Assembly: GCF_026571515.1 (NCBI RefSeq) | Contig: NW_026860755.1 | Coordinates: 1 to 64,000 of the forward strand | Length of the DNA: 64,000 nt | Reading direction: 5' to 3' | Origin: Ruditapes philippinarum | Lineage: Eukaryota | In this document: piece by piece, positions 1 through 12,535 of the stretch | Layout of the letters: every line of letters begins with the position of its first letter | How positions within the stretch are numbered: the stretch's first letter is position 1 | Notes under the pieces: generated by a model | The model's database searches: none | Told to the model about the DNA's origin: nothing | What the model saw: only the letters and a program-made list of their open reading frames with translations | Position numbers and translations under genes: made by a program

Positions 1-1614
1 AAGGATTTAGTTGAAAAGGATGGGAAAGTTTCTTGGACAGTCATTTAGTAACTGAACGGTATATTCATTTCCGTGAGCCGGAACACTTTAAATTAAAGTT
101 AACGTATAAATAAATAAAGATTTTGACAACCATAGCTTGACAAACTCGTTACTAATTTTGACGAAACTCAATATAATTAATCTTTATCGCTCCTTTTTAA
201 AACCCGTTTATATCTTCTAAGCCAGCTACAAATCTGAAACGTATTATAATCAGAATACATATCTAAAAGTTAAAAAATGATGTACCTCAAATATGTTTTT
301 CTAGTATTACAAAAAGTCGATATCAGCCCTTTTTGATTCAGTTTTAAAAGAAAAAAAAAAGAAAAAAAATTACTAACATTCCAATTTTCGGAGATTTCCT
401 TCACTCTTTTGGTGCATTAGGAATAAAATAATTATCAGACAAAAATCAAAAGTAGTTGCTCACAAACATGAGCTAACAAAACAATAAGGGACTATGCAAG
501 ATAGATCGCGTATTATAAGACTTTGATTCACTGACGATATTTGATCTATAGTATGTGAGGTAGATAAGCAATCACAAGTAACACAGTGATGACAGAATAT
601 AAAATTTTAATGCTTTCTTGTTTCAAAAGGGTTGCTTGTATACGCTTTGCCTTATGATATTCTGAAATTAAAATCATAAAAATACTTATTACAACCGTTG
701 CTTATTATAAAACTGCATTTGTAATACTTCGGAAAAAAGTAATTATTTTTATATAATAATAAGCTTTTACTTGTGGTCATGTTTTTTTTAAAAAAATATA
801 TATATTGCCACTATATATATTTCACTGTTTAAAGTTTCGATTTTGCGCTATCCCTTAACGGGGCATGAAACCAACCCACTGAAATCCCATAGACTCAAAA
901 TATTTTAAAGTCTTATAATGGCGTTAATTGAACGCCACCTTTCCTTGTGGATTTTGTCTATCATATTCAATATAAATTGGAACCTTGTCTTGATGTATTT
1001 TTTTAAGCTTCCAATTTCAACAGAAAAGAAACATATGTCCCTTCGCGACATGTTGATATCAAAACATTTATGATCTTGTTCCATTGCCTCTACGTACATA
1101 TGTTGAGTTTTCTCTCATATTTGTGATTAACTTTTCAGATAAGCCATGATGGAAACAATGGATGATTGAACACTTTGTTTAAGAATCTTTCAACCAGTCA
1201 TCATGTGTAACAGGTTGGCCATAATCATTTACAAAAAAATAGCAAAGACCCTGTAAAACATTTAATTTTAATGTTACACGTATGTTAAAATGAATAAGAA
1301 CTTAGCTCGAATGGAGATTGGAGTGCTGGGAAACGTCCTTCAATGCAATCTTTTCTGAAATATTTGGAAACACTTGAAATAGACCAGAATCACAACATAT
1401 AAACAATGAAGCATTTAGCAGAAGTCAGGATAAATGCATACAAACTCAAAAAAAAAATGACCACAAAACATTATTTTGTGAACATATCGTCCTCACAACA
1501 ATGAAGACACATGACTTTTTCTAACAAAAAATCACATGACATAATAAATAGTTTAAAATCAACATCAATGAACCAGAACCTATCTTAGAATACTGAACAC
1601 ATATCCAGTCAATC

Positions 1615-4600
1615 AATGTAAACAAATGATAAAATCAGTTAAAACCAATAGAGTAATCTCCCTTGCAAAGTATCAGACAATGCAGGCGGATTTGTCTCCC
1701 TTTGGAAATTTATGAAATTAAACAGTAGTGCAAGAGTTTCGTCCCTTACACCAACTTTTAAAAATAATACTCTGTAAGAATTTATAAGCATGAAATCATA
1801 TATTTCATATATTTCACAGTGTTAGAAAATACAGTTTGACATATTTTGATGAAAAAGTTTGTATTCAGTACTTCATTTAAATTCAATATTATTAAATACA
1901 TTCGAATTAAGTATTCTAGCCGTATATGTTAACTTTAAAAGAGTGGTTGTGCGCAACTGTACCGCTTACTCATTCTCCAAAACGCGAGTTCATTATTTCC
2001 TATAAGACACCATGAAAAACAATTCTTAGTTTATCAAGCTAGGTCGTTCGTCCGTCTGCATCGAGGAGTATAATGTTTTGAATGTACATTTATCAAATAA
2101 TTATCCAGCCGTCTTCTGCCCTTGCAAAAAGTCTTATGACCAGATATTTATTTACAAAAAAAATGGATACACTTCTTTATAATAGAAGAGGACAATAGCT
2201 CAATAGTCAACAACATATAGAAATAATAGATATAGCTCATCTGTCAACCATGGCAAATCGTTCGTCAGTCTAACTCTAAAAATAATTTGTTAATCAACAC
2301 AATAAATTTATTTATTTATTTAAATCTGAAAGGATAAACGGATATGATGCTGTTCGTCCATCCTTTAGAAAGCACGTTCGCAAGTCAGCCTGAGTGAAAC
2401 ATTAGTGATGAGGCAGAACACAATTACACAAAAAATGTCTTTAAGAAAAAATGCAATAGCCCAATAGTTCACCATTACAGATCTATCGGCTTATAAGATC
2501 TTCAAATGATTCTCCATTTACAGTGAAAACTGTTTACCGGACAAAAATAGGTCATTATAGACAGGGATTAACTGTGAACAGTCTCTACAGAATTCGGATA
2601 TATGAGCATATTTTGCCAATATTTTATTGAAAAGCAAGATAGTACCATACTTAGGGTTAAATTGTATTTTTAACTATATTAAACATATATTAAAGTGTAT
2701 ATCAATGTAAACATAATATAAAATCAGTTAAAACCAATAGAGTAATCTCCCTTGCAAAGTATCAGACAAGGCAGGCGGATTTGACTCCCTTTGCAAAATT
2801 ATGAAATTAAACAGTAGTGCAAGAGTTTCGTCCCTTACACCAACTTTTAAAAATAATACTCTGTAAACAATTATTAGAATGAGATCATAATTATATTACA
2901 TGCATTTCACAGTGTTAGAAAATACAGTTTGATATATTTTGATTTTGAAAAAAGGTTGTTTTCAGTACTTCGTTTAATTTCAATCAAAGTAAATACATTT
3001 GAGTTAATGTATTGTAGCCGTATATATTAACTATACAAGGGGGATGGTGAGCAACTGTACCGCTTACTCATTCTCCAAAACACAATTTCATTATTTCCTA
3101 TAAGACACCATGAAAAACAATTCTTTAGTCCATCAATGCAGGTCGTTCGTCCGTCTGTTTATCAATGTTTTTGAATGTACATGTACATTTATCAAATAAT
3201 TTCCCAGCTGTCTGCCGGTGCAAATTGTCTTGTGACCAGATATTTCTTTTTACAAAAAATGGATACACTACTTTACTATAGATGAGAATAAGAGCTCATT
3301 GGTCATCAACATATAGAAATAATAGATATAGCTCATCTGTCAACCATGGCAGATCGTTCGTCAGTGTAACTCTAAAAATAATTTGTTAATCAACACAATA
3401 AATTTATTTATTTATTTAAATCTCAAAGGATAAACGGATATGATGCTGTTCGTCCATCCTTTAGAAAGCACGTTCGCAAGTCAGCCTGAGCGAAACATTA
3501 GTGATGAGGCAGAACACAATTACACAAAAATGTCTTTAAGAAAAAATGCAATAGCCCAATAGTCCACCATTGCAGATCTATCGGCTTATAAGATCTTCAA
3601 ATGATTTTCCATTTACAGTGAAAACTGTTAACAGTGACCTTCGATGATAGAAAAAAAGGTCATTATAGACAGGGATTCACTGTGAACAGTCTCTACATAA
3701 TTCGGATATATGAACATATTTTGCCAATTTTTTGTTGTTGAAAAGCAGGATAGTACCATACTTAAGGTTTAATTGTATGTATTTTTTTAACTATTTTAAA
3801 CATATATTAAAGTATATTGCAATGTAAATATAAGATAAAATCAGTTAAAACCAATAGAGTAGTCTCCCTTGCAAAGTATCAGACAAGGCAGGCGGATTTG
3901 ACTCCCTTTGCAAAATAATGAAATAAAACAGTAGTGCAAGAGTTCCGTCTCTTACACCAAATTAAAAAAAAATGCTCTGTTAAAATTAATTAGAATAAGA
4001 TCATATATTACATATATTTCACAGTGTAAGAAAATACAGTTTGACATATTTTGATTTCGAAAAAAAGTTGTTTTCAGCACTTCGTTTAACTACAATATAA
4101 TTTAATACATTCGGGTTAATGTATTGTAGCCGTATATGTATACCAAGGTTGGTCGTTCGTCCGTCTGCATCGAGGAGTATTTATTTATTCATTTATTTAT
4201 AATTCATTTACTTATCAATGTTTCGAACATGATTTATCAAATAATTTCCCAGCTGTCTGCCTGTGCAAATAGTCTTGTGACCAGATATTTTTTTTACAAA
4301 AGTTGTATACACTCCTTTCCTATAGAACAGGACAATACTTGTTAGTCAACAACAGATAAAAACAGATCTGTCAACGATGGCAAATCGTTTGTCAGTCTAA
4401 CTCTAAAATAATTTGTATATCAACACAATGAATAAATAAATATTTACATCTAAAAAGATAAAAGAATATGATGTTGTTCGTCCATCCTTTAGAAAGCACG
4501 TTCGCAAGTCAGCGTGAGCGAAAAGTTAGTAATGAGGCAGAACACATTACACAAAAAAATGTATTTGAGGGCAATGGTCCACCATGGCAGATCTCTCGCC

Positions 4601-4630
4601 TTATAAGATCTTCAAATGATTCTCCTTTTA
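1615..4630. repeat. Tandem triplication of a ~1.1 kb unit (starts ~1615, ~2703, ~3820; third copy partial with internal deletions)
   Basis: The block aaaatcagttaaaaccaatagagta.tctcccttgcaaagtatcagacaa and downstream blocks such as gttcgtccatcctttagaaagcacgttcgcaagtcagc recur three times in the same order. No convincing ORF. Confidence 0.9.
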
Positions 4631-7203
4631 CCAATGTACTTAACAAATTTAGAACAGTTTAAATGATGTCCAAATGTATATATCTTCTCCTTTCGTTCTA
4701 TATATCAATTCATCTACTAGTTCAAAGTAAATTTCACCTTCTATATTTTCTTTGTTTGGTCAGTCCGTACGCCTATTAATTCGAGCAATCAATTGTCTTC
4801 AGGCCATGCGTAACATAATGCATTCATTCTTAAGACTAAGACGAAATCCCTTGCAACGCACGGATGGCTTTATCGAGTTATTACTTAATTAACCTTATTC
4901 ATTTATATATACATGTATATGCATAAACTAAAAGAGAATATTGATGTCTGTCCTAGTCTAAATAAAGCCATCAGCTGGTCTTGCCAGAGATATGGTCTTG
5001 AAGTCTGAAAACTTTAACATTTATCATGCCATTTTCATTGCATCCTCAGTACCGTCATCGACCCGTCTCTCCGTGATTTGAAAAATGAAAGAAATTTTTC
5101 TACATATATTACAGTACGAATTTAGATGGCCAAGATCGACAATTCTATGTTTCTTTTTGTCAAATAATTTCTAGAAGGGTAACACAAATATAACCTTATC
5201 AATCCTTTCCTCAGTCAACCTTCGCCATTTTGCCCAGGAAAAAATGACAAAGGATCAAATCAACACACTCTGAATTCACTCCGTAAAAAAAGAAATGTAC
5301 ACACCTCTTAATTCAACGGAATGAGATAGTGTAGAAAATGAAAATTCAGTTCAGTATAAACACTTGGTGCGCCTGAATTCATATGTTGAGTTTTTAAATT
5401 TAATTTCTGTATATTTATTTACTCAATTTCTTACGTATTTATTCATCTTTTAATCAGAAATGAGCCTTATCTTTACATTCAACAACATTACAATTTAGTA
5501 AAAACCCATAAAAACTTTCATGATAGGTCATACGTGAGTTTTGATTTAAGAATTAAAATTTATTTACGTTTTATTAAATAATTTCTAAATGGTAAAATGG
5601 ATTTAGCGCTGTCTATTTTTCTTTGTCAAATCGGTCGACCTGTCTGTCCTTGCGAACCGATAGCCGTATCTTTATATTAATGAAATATCATATCTAGAAA
5701 TGACCATTCTGTCCATTTAGTAGGTCATTTGTCTGTCTAGAAACATAATTCATTTTTATTTATAAACTTTATTAAGGTATTTATTTATTTAGCCTTTTTC
5801 AATTTTTTGAAAAAAGGTTAACATTGGAATGGCGTCATCCATCCTTCTTTTAGACAGTCAGTCCGTCATCCAGCCGTACGGGCAATAACATTAGTTTTAA
5901 GGCTATCTGATTTTGAAAAAAAACAACAACATTATTTCCTATTCACAACATAACTCTTGAACGTTTAAATAGATATGGCGTTGTTCATCCTTTCTTCAGG
6001 CAGTCCATCAGACTATCTGTCAGTAAGCACATATACGGTAGACAAAAGGTGATTACTTTATCACTAAGCAAGCTACACATTACCTTGGTCAATACATTAG
6101 AAAGAATATCTTTGAAAGCCATAAAAGATGGTCGAACAAAATAACTTAACGATGTTTGCGTAACGGATAGACATCAAATTAAGTTAGGGCAGAACATTAG
6201 AATATTTGAGGTTGCTTAATAGAAAATTATCATTTCAAATCTGTTACATAAACAACTGGCTTGAAATTCTGTTTCAAATAAAAGCCCGAGTATATTATCA
6301 ATATTTGTATGCCAAATATCACGAAATCTTGGTGATTTATTTTAGCCAAAAAATGTTTTTATTCACTGATTAATTTTGTGCCTCCGTTATGAGATTTTAC
6401 AATACAAGATAAGTGTTGTCTGAATCATAGAGTACAACATAGCAAAATAGCAAATCGTTCATGTCCATAGCTTGCAAATAGTAGGATTCTTTGTTTAGGT
6501 TTTTATAATGCAACTAACTTATGAAATTAGTTCAGAGTGTTAGTATCAAAATTTGACAATTCCGAACCGTTTGTTGGGTTATGCTTGAAGAGTTATTAAT
6601 ATATTAGCAAAATTAAGAGTATTATATCTTAAATTTAGAGATTTTCACGAAAAATTTAATTTCAAAAATATTTGGTTCTCCTTTTTTATAGCCACTTAAT
6701 AAAGGAAATAAGTCGTACATCATTACATGAACTTAACTTTTAATCCAGACAAATACTAATCGAAATGACATTTCATTACCCTAAACAAGCCTCGACAATT
6801 TTATTTTGTAACATCTTTTATCATGCAATTACCATGGCATTTGCCTAAAACCTCTTGCTTGCTCATTTTATACCAGGTACGTTACTGATACAGAAAAAGG
6901 TTCAAGTCAACAATGGACTTTGTTGATAGTTCATGTTTCCATTTTTCCTACCATGATTTTTCGTCTTCACATAGATGTCATAAATTTTTTTTCATCAATG
7001 TCTATGCCAAATAAGAGATAAAACAAAAAGGCTAAACAGCTTTTTATCCTGTCAATGTTTACTTTATTTCGCAAGATTTGAGGCCTGCTTTTTAAATTTG
7101 TCTTTTGACGTTATATCTGTGATATGCAGGCTTCATAACCTCAGATCGCCTTTCAAAATTCAATTTTAATTAGTTCCGCCCATTGTTTTCTCGTTTAGGG
7201 CAC

Positions 7204-7482
7204 ACGCATTTTTCTACTTGTGGTCCATATGCCGCTTTTCATGGAATGGCACTAACGTGTCACATTGAAAGTTCCATGATAACCGCCATATGAACACATC
7301 TGTGGATGTTTCGAAATTCTTAATTATACCAGTTTAATGTTAAATGTTGCATTATGCTTAAGCCGGTGCTAGGGGACGTGGACGGTAGTTTGCACTTGAC
7401 AGTACCGTCCATGAACAGGCTCAATCAAACCGAGCCTGCAACATTTTTCAGTTTTGCCGTGTTGGGCTTTCCTTAGGGATTC
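7204..7482 (+). ncRNA. Unassigned structured RNA-like element, subfamily A, copy A1
   Basis: Closing helix aaatgttg(7342)/caacattt, hairpin gtggacggta/taccgtccat with a TTGCACTT loop, hairpin caggctc-AATCAAACC-gagcctg, and 5' stems catatg/catatg, tcatggaa/ttccatga and tggcac/gtgtca. Homologous end to end to 58950-59227 (-). G-U wobbles favour this strand. Confidence 0.7.
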
Positions 7483-7964
7483 ATGCTTCTCTTTATTTTA
7501 GAGGAATTGTTTTCATAATTTTATTTCCACCTCTGAAAATGGTCATTCTAAGCAGACATGAACTAGTTTATGTATTCTGGATAAAGTCAGGATAGGATCA
7601 TGGGACTATTTATCTAACGGATGACGAAGATATTACTTTCAAGGATTATCTCCCTTATATTTAACAAAGAATTTTTTTTAGCAAATGTCTTATTTAGTTT
7701 TGAGAAAAAAAACAACTTTCCGATAATTTTCCATGTTGTAATTCACAAAACTTTTCTTTGCAACGAATAAAATATATTTTTCCAAAACAAAAAAAGAAAC
7801 AAAAAAACCCAACAACAACAATTTTTATATCTGGTGGCCAGCTTAACATTCAGTTTGGAAAATATGTTCACTTTGGAAAAGGACGCGACAATTAAATACA
7901 TGGTTGAAGTCTGAAAAAATTGTTTTAAGGAACAAATCAAACAAACGCCAAGTATGATATCTTG

Positions 7965-8100
7965 GATGTCAACATTTACACTGGGTGAGTGAACTTTCCA
8001 CTCTTCCGATGTGAATACATCATAAACAATCTTATCCACGTTTGGAATGATTCGAACTCGCAACCACCGGCTACCAACCTAAACACCGCTCAACGCTCTT
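7965..8100 (-). mobile_element. Highly degraded tRNA-head SINE (CORE-like)
   Basis: Minus strand has a B-box-like gcgagttcgaatc and a downstream cactcacccagtgtaaatg resembling the segment in the SINE at 26742. Confidence 0.35.
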
Positions 8101-9307
8101 AAAAAAACTAGGTAGAAGAAAACATCCTAGACGAAGTTGTCTTAGTACTTTAGGCTGGTACGCACGTATATGTAATACATACCTTCTGAAAATCTGGGAG
8201 TGAAATCGTGACTCGGCCAAGACACCATGTAACGAATTATTCATATCTTAACACAAAGATGCGATTGGAGCTTGGCTTACAAGCAAATGAACACAAAGCG
8301 TATGTTAGCTGGGTAATTGAATCTAATTTGATGACGTTTGTAGGAATTATATTTTAAATAGATATGAATGGTTGTCGGTTGTTATAATATTTTCCCTATG
8401 CTTTAAATATTGAGTAAAATCTTATTATAAATACTATAAACAGTATCCAGCACACTCGCCAGTTTCTGTTATTATTGAAACTTTAATGACTGTGAAACAT
8501 TTACATAATATGTGGATCCAAAATGATTCATAGTTAAATCGGTTCACGCCATCCTTTTCTTCTGAGCAGAAATATAATAACATATATATTTATTTGGGAA
8601 CACACTTATTACATATTACTTAGTACAGGCATTGATGTTATGATGAAAAATTTAGCTTTATTGTTCATAAAAACATATTTTCATGTCCTTATTGTTTAAG
8701 TTTGAATGGTTAATTTAGCTACACCTTATATAAAATAATTACAAATTTATTCAAAAGGCAGTTCGATGCTGTTTGTTCGCCTCTTTATTCCGAGAACATT
8801 TTACTATTCTTACTTTAGAAGATTATCACTACCGCTATTGGCTAATATCTGCCAGACATCCGCAGCTTGTTATCACCATCCAAGATTAACTCAGTCTCTA
8901 TTAGGCACATAATGGTCAAACCTGCATTCTGTTTAAATGTTTTATCATTTTGAAAACTTGATATTGTGTACCGCATATTTTTGAAAAAATAATCTTCTAT
9001 TTCTTATTTTGATGTTTTGCACTGTAACAATAATAAATTTTCATATAATATACATAATATAATAACATTATGGATATATAATAATAATATTTATATTATA
9101 TGTGTACATCTTCACATATTTCTTTTTATTTTATTAATTATTTTAATTTATTTTATGTTATAAAATCCGCTCCAATCACATTCATTATTTAAATTCAAAT
9201 AGTTTACAAAATCATATTTAAGATTAAATAAAAAAGTAGGGTACACACGATTCCTGAGTAGAGACTTTAATATTAAATTATCGCTTCTATCTCTATGTAC
9301 TTCTCTT

Positions 9308-9537
9308 GGGGCGCCCATGGCCGCTGTGGGTTCGAATCCCGACAGGGACTTTGGATTCTTTCATGTGAGGAAGCTATCAAGCTAATTAACGGAAAGTCGG
9401 TGGTTCTGCTTAGGTGCCCATTCCTGCGTGAAATAATATACGAAAGGGCATCTGAGGTCTTCCTCCACCAGTGAAGCTGGAACGTCGCCATATGACCTAT
9501 ACTGTATTGGAGCGACGTAAAACCCAATCAAGCAAGC
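9308..9537 (+). mobile_element. tRNA-derived SINE with Meta-type central domain; ~40 bp deletion in the tRNA head
   Basis: B box ggttcgaatccc, then gaagctatc.agcta...gtcggtggttct.ct.aggtgccc...gaggtcttcctccacca, and a tail ending aaaccc plus a short microsatellite. Same family as 9808-10087. Confidence 0.8.
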
Positions 9538-9807
9538 GAAATATGCGATTTTAAGAATATCAACTTAATCTTTTCTATATTTCCCTTTCCCCACTTTGAA
9601 ACCTAAAAAGAAAATGAAATCTTCCAGATTGCTCGTGAGTAAAAAATGTTTTGTACTATTTCATAAGAAAACGAAAACATATTAGTAGATTGCAAATTGT
9701 CTTTGATATTTTACTGTATTTTCTCATTGAAAATAATATTATATGTTGGAATAATTTTTATTGACATTGGTCTTACATAGTTTACCAAGTATGCAACTTC
9801 AAAGAAA

Positions 9808-10087
9808 TTTTTTTTTGTTTTGTTTTGGGTTTTTCGTCACATCGACACAGTATAGGTCATATCGCGACGTTCCAGCTTTACTGGTGGAGGAAGACCTCAG
9901 GTGCCCTTCCGTGCATTATTTCAGACACGAACGGGCACCTGAGTAGAACCACCGACGTCCCGTAAGCTAGCTGGATAGCTTCCTTACATGAAAGAATCCA
10001 AAGTCCCTGTCGGGATTCGAACCCTTAGCGGTGAAGGGGCAAGTGGTTTGAAGTCAACGACCTTAACCAATCGGCCACGGACGCCCC
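9808..10087 (-). mobile_element. Full-length tRNA-derived Meta-type SINE
   Basis: Minus strand reads gggcgtccgtggccgattggttaagg (A box) ... gggttcgaatccc (B box), central domain and an A-rich tail. ttcaaag(t)aaatt on both sides is a probable TSD. Confidence 0.85.
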
Positions 10088-10392
10088 TTTCAAAGTAAAT
10101 ATTACGTTGTGTATAACAACATGTCTCATACTAAATGAATTTGATATAGTTGACATTTGTAAAAGATAATTTGCCTGAAGCTGAATGTCAGGTTTTTTAC
10201 TTAATTTTTTTTTTTAAATAATGTGAAATTTGAATTTACAGACACCAATTATAGAAACATCTTTTTGTATTTTGCATGTTACTGTATTGTCGCATTTTTA
10301 AGTTCACAACCTCCTTGATTATGAAACATAAATATAATAAATAATAAATATATAAATAATATATAATAACTTATGCGACTCCTCAATAACAT

Positions 10393-11369
10393 AAAATTCT
10401 GGAAACAAAGTGATCCCTCTGAAGCATTAATCACAACAAAATAACATAAGAATTGCAGACTCGGTTTGATTGAGTCTGTACATGAGGGATAATGGATAAG
10501 TGCAACATCCCTCACACCCCCTAGCACCGGCTTGAGCGGTACTCAATTCTCAACACTTTATAGTGTTGGCATCAATGATCCCGAAGGACCAGAAAATATA
10601 ACAACACTGAAGTGAAGTACGGGGCAACTTTTTACGGCTGCCACACAGCACTTGACACCTGCTGTTGTGAAGTACAAAATTCTGGAAACAAAGTGATCCC
10701 TCGGAAGCATTAATTACAACAAAATAACATAAGAATTGCAGACTCGGTTTGATTGAGTCTGTACATGAGGGATAATGGATAAGTGCAACATCCCTCACGC
10801 CCCCTAGCACCGGCTTGAGCGGTACTCAATTCTCAACACTTTATAGTGTTGGCATCAATGATCCCGAATGACCAGAAAATATAACAACACTGAAGTGAAG
10901 TACGGGGCAACTTTTTACGGCTGCCACACAGCACTTGACACCTGCTGTTGTGAAGTACAAAATTCTGGAAACAAAGTGATCCCTCGGAAGCATTAATCAC
11001 AACAAAATAACATAAGAATTGCAGACTCGGTTTGATTAAGTCTGTACATAAGGGATAATAAAAAAGTGCTGCATCTCTCACGACCCCTAGCATTGGCTTG
11101 AGCGGTACTGAATTCTGAACACTTGAAAGTGCTGGACTCAGATCCCGAAGGACCAGAAAAATATAATAACATTAGAGTGAAGTACGGGCAACAACTTTTT
11201 ACGGCTGCCACACAGCACTTGACACCTGCTGTTGTGAAGTACAAAATTCTGGAAACAAAGTGATCCCTCGGAAGCATTAATCACAACAAAATAACATAAG
11301 AATTGCAGACTCGGTTTGATTGAGTCTGTACATGAGGGATAATGGATAAGAGCAACATCCCTCACGCCC
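10393..11369 (-). ncRNA. Head-to-tail array (3 full units of 283-284 bp plus a partial unit) of the structured RNA-like element, subfamily B
   Basis: Unit boundaries at 10393, 10676, 10959 and 11243. The minus strand of each full unit has a long hairpin (ggcagc/gttgcc), gtcc-TTCG-ggat (cUUCGg; one substitution in the 10676 unit), a caacact/agtgttg-type hairpin, closing helix agaattg/caattct, gtgagggat/atccctcat with a TTGCACTT loop, and cagactc-AATCAAACC-gagtctg. The 10959 unit is a variant. Confidence 0.75.
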
Positions 11370-12342
11370 TTACATCCCTAGTTTCAATCATTTAAGGATT
11401 TATTATTATTTTAGAAAGAACTTTTTCTCAGCATATATAATGACTTTCTAAAGAATGGGTGGTACATATGCGTGACAAAATGCCTCGAGTACTATACTAC
11501 AGCATTTAAGTTTGGCTCGGTGGTAAAGTATTTTGTCATTTTGCCACTTGGACGGAGACTGTGAGTCCGATTCCCATGTGTATGGGATTTGTCGATAGCA
11601 ACTGTCACACATCAAAAATAAGCTTTGACATCTCAGATAAAGAAAACAACAGAGGGTAACATTCTGTTTCATTAAATATTGTGCTATTATAAAACAGTTG
11701 TGATCAAAATGCCAACATATGACATTCAAATTACATTAAACCACGCATAGAAACAATATAACGTCACTCAAAGCTTCTTGTTCTGTCATGTGTATGGATT
11801 TTGCTGTATCAGATGTTGAAACTTGTCATTTTTTGTTCCTTTAGTTGAAATGTTAGAAATTTAAGTTGGTACATGCATGCTTTTTCCAAATTTTCAGCCA
11901 CATATTTCAGATTCAATAATACGTGAGCACGATTTGTTACAAGTCAAACTAGGAGTATTTCAACAAATTTTGCAATGTATTTAAAATTCTTACTGTAATG
12001 AGGCATATTAAGTCTGGTAAAATCTAACGACCATTTTGTGAAGGCTATTTTCTGGTATAAAATATCAAACAACACTAAATTTTCTTATTATTTTGAAACA
12101 TTCTGACAGCATTCCTTAAGTAACACAAGCCCAAATTTGAAGTTAATAATTATAAAAGGATAATGAGCAAAACAAAAAGCGAGAAACAAAACACAAAAAT
12201 AACACAAAAAGCACTATATTTGAATTATTGAATAATCTATTCAATGACTCAAGGTAACTTAAAACGTTGTTTTTGTATATACAATGAAATATTTTACGCA
12301 TTACGTTTAGAATATGAGAAATACGAAATGCATAATATTTGT

Positions 12343-12347
<5 letters not shown>

Positions 12348-12393
<46 letters not shown>
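12348..12393. repeat. (TAA)n microsatellite, about 15 units
   Basis: Read directly from the sequence. Confidence 0.95.
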
Positions 12394-12395
<2 letters not shown>

Positions 12396-12498
12396 TCTTA
12401 AATGAATGCGATTATTTAATAAAGAAAAACCTGTATACCATATATGGTACCTTGAGTTGAAAATTAAAAAGGTATGTCACAAAACAAACACTACTACT

Positions 12499-12535
12499 TT
12501 AGGGTAAGGGTTAGGGTTAGGCTACCCTCACCCTA
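12499..12535. repeat. Short interstitial telomere-like repeat with an inverted part
   Basis: ttaggg taaggg ttaggg ttagg followed by cta ccctca cccta. Confidence 0.55.

Noticed and set aside
7342-7446. Known ribozyme (hammerhead, HDV-like, twister, twister-sister, pistol) or riboswitch/tmRNA identity for the core
   Set aside because: Only short coincidental words match (GCTTAAGCC, GGTGC, CTAGGGG). By eye the required catalytic motifs and pseudoknot topologies cannot be built. A formal Infernal search is still needed.
10279-11365. Repeated short ORFs (MLGGVRDVALIHYPSC...) and the related 58859-59065 ORF (MLGGVDGNLHFP...) as a peptide family
   Set aside because: Most use non-ATG starts, subfamilies A and B shift frame relative to each other within the conserved core, and substitutions preserve base pairing rather than amino acids.
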